64,000 bases of DNA from Camelus ferus (Eukaryota): assembly GCF_009834535.1 (NCBI RefSeq), contig NC_045697.1, positions 71,364,001 through 71,428,000 on the forward strand. The letters run 5' to 3'. The notes beneath the pieces are model-generated. The model saw only the letters and a list, made by a program, of their open reading frames with translations. It had not been told where the DNA came from and made no database searches. This document shows positions 55,450-64,000 of the stretch, one piece after another (within the stretch, counting starts at the first letter, position 1; the number at the start of each line of letters is the position of its first letter). The position numbers and the translations under genes were made by a program.

Positions 55450-55760
55450 GTGGGTGTCATAGCTGTGTGGTTGGGGCAAAGACTTCATCTCTCTGTGCTT
55501 CACACATGTAAAATGGGGATAATAAGAGTACTTCCCTATACTGTTGTGAGACTGAAAAACGGGTATGTACAAAAAATGCTTAGCCTTGGGGGAAGGACTA
55601 GCTCAAGTGGTAAAGTGCATGCTAAGCATGCAGAAGGTCCTGGGTTCAATCCCCAGCACCTCCATTAAAAAAACAAACAAACCTCATTACCTCCCCCAAA
55701 CAAATAAAAAAAATCTTAGCCTGGACATAATACATCCTCAGTCAATATTAGTTGTTACCA
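55450..55760 (+). mobile_element. MIR split by a SINE
   Basis: tagctgtgtggttggggcaaag...tgtaaaatggggataataagagtac; resumes ggacataatacatcctcagtcaatattag. Confidence 0.8.
55587..55707 (+). mobile_element. tRNA-Ala-derived SINE (vic-1-like)
   Basis: tagctcaagtggtaaagtgcatgctaagcatgcagaaggtcctgggttcaatccccagcacctcca (A and B boxes); TSD aaaaaat(g)cttagcct at 55571-55586 and ~55708-55722. Confidence 0.93.
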
Positions 55761-55808
55761 TCATCACCACCACCACCACAAGTACCACCACCACCACCAT
55801 CATCATCT
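55757..55808. repeat. (CAC/CAT)n imperfect trinucleotide repeat
   Basis: Direct reading. Confidence 0.85.
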
Positions 55809-55999
55809 AGTGAACCTTCCAAAGACATTTTGTTAATGGCTAGAGTTGAATGGGCATAAAAATATAATTTTCTCCTTTTTTTTATAGCAGCATTTCTTCT
55901 GGGGAAAACTGTGACACTATGTTTTAATATCTTAAAAGGGAGCCCCAGGACCTATCTTTGCAAATGCATTCACTCCAAATTAAAAAAAAATCTGTTTAT

Positions 56000-57200
56000 A
56001 ATTCAGTTCAATAAGTAATCATTGAGTGTGAGTATATGTTAGATATAGTGTTAGGCATGGGCATGTGAAGATAAAATGTAGCCCACTCTCAAAGATTTTA
56101 GAGTATAGATGAGGATTCCAACAAGTAAAGACATTCAGTAGCTGGTGTTCAGCACTGTGATAGAGCCATCACAGGACGCTATGGAGCAGATTGGAAGGAG
56201 GCCTGTCCCAGTCTGGAGGGGAAGGGGAACATCTGTGAAGTCTTCTTGGAAGAATTATGCATGAGTTGAGTCCTCAAACATGAGTTATATTTAGATGAAG
56301 AAGGGACTTGTAAGAACAAAGCAGGGAGGCTTGTGTGGGTATTGTGCTTGGAGGGAACTATAAGTAGTTTTGAGTGTCTGTACTAAAGTATGGTGTGGCA
56401 AACTTAGAAGGAAAAGACACTATAAATGTAAGGAAGTTCTAGGTCATTAAAGATCTTCGATCAGACTGGAAAGGGCTGGCCTGGATTCGATGATTGATGA
56501 GGCTCACCATTCAGATCATGTTCACATTTGCTTTTACTTCAGTTTACTACCAGTATCAGCAAATGACTCATGCAAAGAGTACAAGAGATGAGGAAACAAG
56601 TGAGTAACTAGCTTCTGGTCCCAGACCTATGCAAAATTGATGGGCAGTGTGAGTTATGGAGTAAAATATCAGAGTAACAAAGAAATTATGCAGGCTGCTA
56701 GCTTTTATCACATTGCGCTGGAGAGGAGATGAAGTCAACACTCAAGGGTTTATTTACTCCCGTATAAAGCAGTCCTAGCTGAAACCTGATTACATTCTTT
56801 AGGTTTCCATTTCTTACTAAGTTATCAGAGTTAAAGAAAGACTGGCCACAGCCTAGCACAGCCTTCTCTGCCAAGTCAAGGAATTTGGACTTGATCTAAA
56901 AAGTAATTTGGAGTAATCAACATTTTGAGGTATAAAAAGCAAGATGATTCCTTACATGTTGGAAATCACCCCAGCATCAGCATGTTTTCCAGATACCATT
57001 CTAATGTACAGAAGGTTACGAGAGAAAGATGCTGAAGACGACAAGCACAGTGGGAAGACTTGCCCAAGTATAAGCAAGAAAAAATGAGAACCTGAACTAG
57101 GTCAGCTGCAGGGGGTGTGGACTGTAGATGATCCTGAGAATGACACTTATGAGACAAATTGTCAGGACTCATGACTGATGGATTATACAGAGAGCAAAAG
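56000..57200 (-). mobile_element. L2 fragments
   Basis: attcagttcaataagtaatcattgagtg; gaagtcttcttggaagaa...gagttgagtcct; aaggaatttggacttgatcta. Confidence 0.65.
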
Positions 57201-57894
57201 ATAAATGACAGGTTTTATGTACTTTGGCTTACTTCTGAGCTTTGGAATATACCGGGAATTCCAACCCCAGTTGGCTTAATCATTTGGGATCAGGTCTGTC
57301 TCTTCTGTGTGGAAGTGGATTCTGCAGCCTCTTTGTACTGTATGATCTTTCTCTTAAGGACGCTCCAGCAGCAAGTCATAGGGACCATGCCACCTGCATA
57401 GTCTCACTGTCGTGGACTATGAGAAAGCAGTGTTCTAATGCCTGATCGCATTCCATATTTTATTTCACTCTCTGTACCAGTCTCCTTTCTTCATTCTTAT
57501 TTTTTATCAGTCTTTTTGATCATAAGGCAGAACAGGTCTTCTTATGTATATATATATATGTTTGTTTGCATGTATATATATGTATATGTATATATGTATG
57601 AATATGATAAACTCATAACAAAGGACTTGAGAAGATTTGAAAATCATCAAAGAATAAGTAATGAATACAGAATAATTGTATTCTAACACCTAAATGCTGA
57701 AAGAATGTCAAATACCTAATCATGATCAACTAGGACCTTTACACCATGCTCTGTGTTTCCATATAATTCACGTTCAGCATGAAATTCTATTTCAGGACTT
57801 ACAAAATTAGTAAACTTTAAAAAATTTCTATTTTGATGTCCATTTCTGTTCCAGTGAGATATGGGAAGCAATAAACGTTCAGGCCTGGATTAGG

Positions 57895-58032
57895 AAAGCA
57901 TAAAACGTATGTAGATATTCTCTGTAAATATTCTGATGTTATAGGTCTGGAATGGGACTTGGAAAATTCTGTTAACAAAAGAAAAACTTCTTAGATGATT
58001 TTGATATGCATCCAGGTTTGGAAAGACATGTT
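57895..58032. mobile_element. MER5-like hAT-Charlie fragment
   Basis: taggtctggaatgggac...gatgattttgatatgcatccaggtttggaaagac. Confidence 0.6.
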
Positions 58033-58949
58033 TCCTAGATAGAGTCCAAATTCCTCATGATGGCATATATGGTCCTCTATCATCTGATCGTTCTACCCAC
58101 GCCCCACTTCTCCACTGCAGTCTGCTTCCCACCTGTACCAATTAGCCTGCACTTCTCCAGACAGAGTTGAGTTGTGCCTACCTGCCAGGTCTACCTGCAT
58201 AATTCAAGAGCCCAGGTTAAAAATGATTACTAACCCCTTCTGGTTTCTGATCTATTCTGTAAAGACTTTAATAACAGCATATGAACACTCTATATCAGGA
58301 TCAGAAATATGCCATTTGAAAAGTAGCCTGCAGGAGGCTGCACCTGTTGCACCAAGACTATTGGCAAAATTGAATACTCAGGAAACTGTTCCTTCGTTTA
58401 AGGAAAAATATTTTAGTAGAACTTCTGTTTATACAAAGGAGAGATCCAGATCCTATTCTGAACAGGAAATGTTGAGCAAAAGGAGGGCTGAAAGCCTCAG
58501 GAGGATAGGGCTGTAAGGACTCTTGGTTTTTAGCAGGGAGAGATGTTCTGACAAGGCAAGGATAGCTTCAGATTGACAGATTATGCCAAGTCCTGGGTTT
58601 CAAAGCATTCTTAGAGTGTCTTGAAGCAGCAGACTGAATTCTGACCCTAGAGCAGAAGCTTTTAGCCCTGTCTACAGCTTGATTTGCTGCTGACTGATGG
58701 GTCTAAGCCAGTTGGGGTTTATTGAAGACAGAATCAGAGACTTCCAGGTGCCTCTTGCTTTGTGAGTCATAAACAACACTAGAAAATGTTCAAAGAACCA
58801 TCCACCCTCTGAAAAAACTGTAAGAGGTGTCTATCATCACCTTATCTAAAACCTCTAAAAATCCCTGGTCTAGAAGGTGGAGTAGGATCTGAAACCACAC
58901 AATGAATCGGAAGTAGAAGCCCAGCGTAGGGTGGGCTTGGTTGTGTTAA

Positions 58950-59170
58950 TACCTGACAACCTTTATTGAGGGCCAGCTCTGTGTACTGAGGGCTTGATGT
59001 GTCTTGGCACATGTAATACTCACTGCCTCCTGTAAAATCAGTCCTCTCTCAGAGTGAAGTAAGGATGTGGAAATAGAGACACAAAGAATTTAGGGTCAAA
59101 ACATCTAGCAAGTGGCAGGCTGAGTTTTGAGCCTTGCCCTGAGTCTTGCTAGAGCCCACTCTTTAAACAC
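58950..59170 (-). mobile_element. MIR
   Basis: tttattgagggccagctctgtg...tagcaagtggcaggctgagttttgagcc...actctttaaacac. Confidence 0.65.
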
Positions 59171-59658
59171 CAAGAAACTTAAGACAATGCAGTTCACAAT
59201 GACAAAGGCAAGGACAACCCACTGAAAATGTTTATTATAAACAGGAAGGAAAAGGAAATTCAAATAGAAATTTTACCAAATGTACATTAAGTACACCATG
59301 GGACACTAACAAAACCACGTATGTGATACAAAACAAAACAGATAAAAACCCAAAAAACTTATTCAGGATCTATTTCAAAGTAATAGCAACATCTTGTTCT
59401 CTTTGTGGCTAATTTGTTTTTGCAGTAATAATTTTTTTCCATGGAGTGAAATTTCTTAGTACTTTACCTGTATCACTATAGATTTTTGTTGTGTTGAAAT
59501 GTATCTTCTTCCTTGTTCCATTTTGTTCCATTTAATGATGTTTTCTAGCCTTAATTATATTAAAAAAACTCCTCCACCCAATTAAGTCAAACTTGGGAGT
59601 TTGCAGAAGATATCTAAATCCCTCTTTGATCCTAAGTAATTAATTTTTCTGTTTTTAG

Positions 59659-59732
59659 GGGGAGAAATATTTCAGCTGACACTTTTGGGAAGAATTGACA
59701 ATAGGAAAGAATGTCTTCTAATTTTAAGAAAG
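59659..59732 (+). other. Candidate spliced exon (74 nt) of an unidentified, possibly non-coding transcript
   Basis: Acceptor taatttttctgtttttag|g and consensus donor aag|gtaagt in non-repetitive DNA. Confidence 0.35.
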
Positions 59733-60639
59733 GTAAGTACTTTTCCCATTGAAACTACAAATTCTTATAAATGTGAGTTTAACTGATAGAGCCACATTAT
59801 ATAAAACCATGTATGTAAAGTACAGACACCAATCTCACGTTAATATTCCTTTAAGAGGTACTCTTTTTGTAATATTCATAAAGTGACCTATTTGATGAAC
59901 AAAGGGCTTTTGCTTTTTGGATTATACGATTCAAATTAAATCTGAATAACATCCTATTATGTTTACCCATGAGTTTCAGTAGCTGCCACTAAGCCCATAT
60001 TCATTTTTACAGAGCAGTATGACTGTAACCTCCACCTGGAGGTTTTGGTGAAGAAAAACTATTAGAAGATATGGTGCTGTCAGTGGATCTCAACTGATAC
60101 TCATATCAGTGAACAGTTACTTGTGGCTAAATCAGAACCACTGGAAAATGGTGTGTAGAGTCCCACAGAGTGGGACGGGGATGAGGAAGTTTTCCCATTT
60201 CCTTACAGATCAAGATGTTGTAGAGCATTCTTTTGCCAGTGCAGTACTGCAAAGGTTAGAGTTTGGTATTTAAAATCATTCACACTTATTATTAAATTTT
60301 ATCTATATTTAAAATCTGAAGCCAGCTATTATGAAGAGCTCGAATCATAATTAGTTGAATAAACACTGACAGTCAGTGAGATGGGTCTTAGTCACAGCTT
60401 GGTGACTGAGACCTGCGCCTCCTTACTCCACGCCTCAACCTACCCTCTGTAAAATGAAGACAGTAAATTTCCCTTCATCACAGGATGGTCAAGGCACCAG
60501 CAGTTCAGTACTGATGCCTTCACTGCTGCTGTCTGACCAACAGCTAAAGCACTAACCACACAACAACATTGACGGTTACTCTGTACGGAGCTGTAATTTT
60601 GGTGTGAGCTCGGGGTCTTCCAACTCCGCCATCTTAGTC

Positions 60640-60845
60640 ACTGTCCTGCTTTTTAATTTTCATACCATTTATCACCTTCTAACAGACACAAATTATTTTA
60701 TTTGTCATTGTTATTATTTATGTCCCTTTAACCAGATACAAGCTTAGTGAGGACAGGACTTTGTTCACTACTGAATCTTTACGGACTGTAATAGTTCCCG
60801 GCACATAGGAGGTGATCATTACATGTTTTTAAATGAATGTGTGAA
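60640..60845 (+). mobile_element. L2 3' end
   Basis: aagcttagtgaggacaggactttgttcactactgaatc...ggcacataggagg...aatgaatg. Confidence 0.75.
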
Positions 60846-61034
60846 TATTTTAATATTACATGTGGACATAATGTAGTCCAAATTGTAAGATGCCAATGAT
60901 TAAAGAAAAGGACTGCATACTTTTTACCTCTTGTATGAAATAAGTGCAAAAAGATCTAGAGAAAGAAGCAGTGTAATATCCCTTGTAGAACATACACTGT
61001 ACAAGGACTTTTGTTTGTTTTGTTTGTTTACTGC

Positions 61035-61584
61035 TGAGAGATTAAACATGCAAATGGACAGTGGTCCAACCATACATAAAAATAGGACTTTGACCTACAA
61101 CCTGCAGCAACCTTCCTGGGAAGCCAATCCCCTTATCTACAATAAACAACCCAGGAAACCCACCTGCTATGAATCACACTTGCAGGAAGCTTGATTGCTA
61201 TCTCTAGTGACAGTCTAGGAAGCTAAATAATAATTTCTGTAACAATCAGCCCAATATGGCCAGGACCTAACTAATAATTGACAGCTTCCATAATTTTTGT
61301 CCCTACTTCCAACTTAAGATCAACCACAGAAAGCCAACTGTGTACCCCTAACCAGTTACAGAGGATCCCCTGCTTCTAGTTGGCTCTCCTACAGGTTCCC
61401 CATGCCAACAGCTTCCAGTCAGGGCACACCTGATGCCTCCCCCTTTTTCCATTATAAAGCTTTTCCATTTGTCTTTGAGTCCCTGCCAAAATACAAGTGA
61501 CAGTGGCTAACTCCCTTACCATAGCAAGCTCAGAATAAGCAGTGTTTGCTTTACTCCTTTGGTTGGTCTTCGTTTGTTTCCACA
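61035..61584 (+). mobile_element. MER90/MER110-like ERV1 solo LTR inserted in an L2 tail
   Basis: TG...CA ends; tgacagcttccataatttttgtccctacttccaacttaagatcaaccacagaaagcc; imperfect 4-bp TSD ctgc/ctac; L2 tail on both sides. Confidence 0.8.
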
Positions 61585-62331
61585 CTACTATATCCTGAAC
61601 TCCTAGAACAAAGCATAACATGTAGTAGGTACTCAATGAACATTCGTTAAGTGAATAAATGGATGGACGACTAACATAATCAGTGAAAATTCACATACTA
61701 TGGCAGCATGTTTCAACTCACCTTGAAGGAAAAAATGGAAATTGTTGCCATACACGTTTTCTTCCTAGGTTGTTTAAGTCTATCTTACTCTCTCGAAGGA
61801 AAAGAGAAAACTGTGCCATAGTAGTAGAAGCTAGATCTTTTGATGTGTCTTGAGAAAGGATGATAAAGTATAGAATCTAAGGGCAAGTTTTCCTTTGCAT
61901 TCTGCTCATTGAGTTATCTTTGAGATCCTGAGCTTTAAAGTTTATGTGGTAAAAAATACCTCCTTCTCTCCATTCCTCATCCTGTCTCTCAGAGAAGTTC
62001 TCATGATCCATGGGTGGGCCAAGCCAGCTCACCAGGAAACTAGGGGTTTGGAGTCAAAATGCCAGTTAGTGAAAGACTGCGATTGCCTGTCTATAGTCTC
62101 TGTGTACTGACCAGACAAGTGTAAAGAAACGTTGTCTGTGGCCATAGTAGATGGCAGGTAGGAAACTCGGGGACTTTGGATTATTGGCTATCTTTTTATT
62201 ATTTTTCCACTACAATAGGTTTCCTGTTTTTCCAATAAAATGTATGGAGAGGGAGAGGGCTGGAAATGGAGAAGTGACTGTGTGTGAACTTGGGAACCAT
62301 TGAAAAATATGGTTTGTAGATTACAGTCAGA

Positions 62332-64000
62332 TTTTTTAAAATTTTATTTTATTGAATTATAGTCAGTTTACAATGTTGTGTCAATGTCCAGTGTAGAGCA
62401 CAATTTTTCAGTTATACATGAACATACATATGTTCATTGTCACGTTCTTTTTCATTGTGAGCTACCACAATACCTTGTATATATTTCCCTGTGCTATACA
62501 ATATAATCTTGTTTATCTATTCTGTATATACCTGTCAGTATCTACAAATTTCCAACCCCCAGTCTGTCCCTTCCCACCCCTCTTCCCGTTGGCAACCACA
62601 AGCTTGTATTCTATGTCTATGAGTCTGTTTCTGTTTTATATTTATGTTCATTTTTCTTTTTTTTTCTTTTGTTTTTAGATTCCACATATGAGAGATCCCA
62701 TATGATATTTTTCTTTCTCTTTCTGGCTTACTTTACTTAGAATGACATTCGCCAGGAGCATCCATGTTGCTGCAAATGGCATTATGTTGTCATTTTTATG
62801 GCTGAATAGTATTCTATTGTATAAATATACCATACCTTCTTTATCCAGTCATCTGTTGATGGACATTTAGGCTGTTTCCATGTCTTGGCTATTGTAAATA
62901 GTGCTGCTATGAACATTGGGGTGCAGGTGTCTTTTTGAAGTAGGGTCCCTTCTGGATATATGCCCAGGAGTGGGATTCCTGGGTCATATGGTAAGTCTTT
63001 TTCTAGCCTTTTGAGGAATCTCCATACTGTTTTCCACAGTGGTTGCACCAAACTACATTCCCACCAGCAGTGTAGGAGGGTTCCCCTTTCTCCACAGCCT
63101 CTCCAGCATTTGTCATTTGTGGACTTCTGAATGATGGCCATTAAGACTGGTGTGAGGTGATACCTCACTGTAGTTTTGATTTGCATTTTTCTGATAATTA
63201 GTGATATTGAGCATTTTTTCATGTGCCTATTGATCATTCATATGTCTTCATTGGAGAATTGTTTGTTTAGGTCTTCTGCCCATTTTTGGATTGGGTTGTT
63301 TGTTTTTTTCTTATTAAGTTGTAGGAGCTTCTTGTATATTCTGGAGATCAAGCCTTTGTCAGTTTCATCTTTTGCAAAAATTTTCTCCCATTCCGTAGGT
63401 TGTCATTTTGTTTTGCTTATGGGTTCCTTTGCTGTGCAGAAGCTTGTAAGTTTCATTAGGTCCCATTTATTTATCCCTACTTTTATTTCTTTTGCTTGGG
63501 TAGACTGTTCTAGGAGAACATTTTTGAGATGTAGGTCAGATAATGTTTTGCCTATGTTTTCTTCTAGGAGGTTTTATTGTATCTTGTCTGATGTTTAAGT
63601 CTTTGATCCATTTTGAGTTGATTTTTGTGTGTGGTGTAAGGGAGTGTTCTAGCTTCATTGCTTTACATGCTGCTGTCCAGTTTTCCCAACACTATTTGCT
63701 GAAGAGACTGTCTTTATTCCATTGTATGTTCTTGCCTCCTTTGTTGAAGATTAGTTGACCAAAAGTTTGTGGGTTCATTTCTGGGTTCTCTGTTCTGTTC
63801 CATTGGTCCATATGTCTGTTTTTGTACCAGTACCGTGCTGTTTTGATTACTGTAGCTCTGTAGTATTGTCTGAAGTGTGGGAGGGTTATTTCTCCAGCCT
63901 CTCTCTTTTTCTTCAGTAATGCTTTGGCAATTCTGGGTCTTCTGTGATTCCATATAAATTTTATTATGATTTGTTCTAGTTCTGTGAAATATGTCCTTGG
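62332..64000 (-). mobile_element. Young L1 (ORF2 C-terminal region plus 3' UTR), continuing beyond the window
   Basis: ORF 62782-63237 is the ORF2 C-terminus ([18 protein letters not shown]...[18 protein letters not shown]); closely similar to the 5302-6473 copy; no continuous ORF upstream. Confidence 0.97.

Noticed and set aside
55590..55664. Possible tRNA-Ala gene (also the four other tRNA-like copies)
   Set aside because: A-rich tails, TSDs and stem-disrupting substitutions identify them as SINEs
63176..63598. 140-aa hydrophobic ORF (and the similar 6121-6390)
   Set aside because: Antisense reading of L1 ORF2, a common artefact
1..64000. CRISPR arrays, operons, defence systems or an intact viral or transposase gene
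   Set aside because: Mammalian repeat-rich DNA with no regularly spaced repeats and no long ORFs; LTRs are solo, with no gag/pol/env seen

Overview
This is AT-rich, CpG-depleted mammalian DNA with no CpG island and no recognisable host protein-coding gene, so it is intergenic or deep-intronic. Five tRNA-Ala-derived SINEs with clean target-site duplications (TSDs) resemble the camelid vic-1 family, so the source is probably camel, alpaca or llama. Much of the window is transposon-derived: younger L1 3' ends with TSDs (5.3-6.5 kb, 33.5 kb, 34.0 kb) and one running off the window (62.3-64 kb), old L1M/HAL1-like and L2 fragments, MIRs, solo LTRs (MLT1, MLT2, LTR33-, MER67- and MER90/110-like), a near full-length MER45B hAT transposon and microsatellites. 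The only ORFs with recognisable homology are L1 ORF2 C-terminal fragments. I found no convincing new multi-gene system. Most worth a second look are an L1 with its 5' end fused directly to its 3' end inside one TSD, two short apparently locally templated duplications, a twin-primed inverted L1, a strong candidate exon near 59.7 kb and two motif-dense candidate enhancers. Repeat family names come from recalled consensus sequences rather than a database search, and boundaries of old repeats are approximate.
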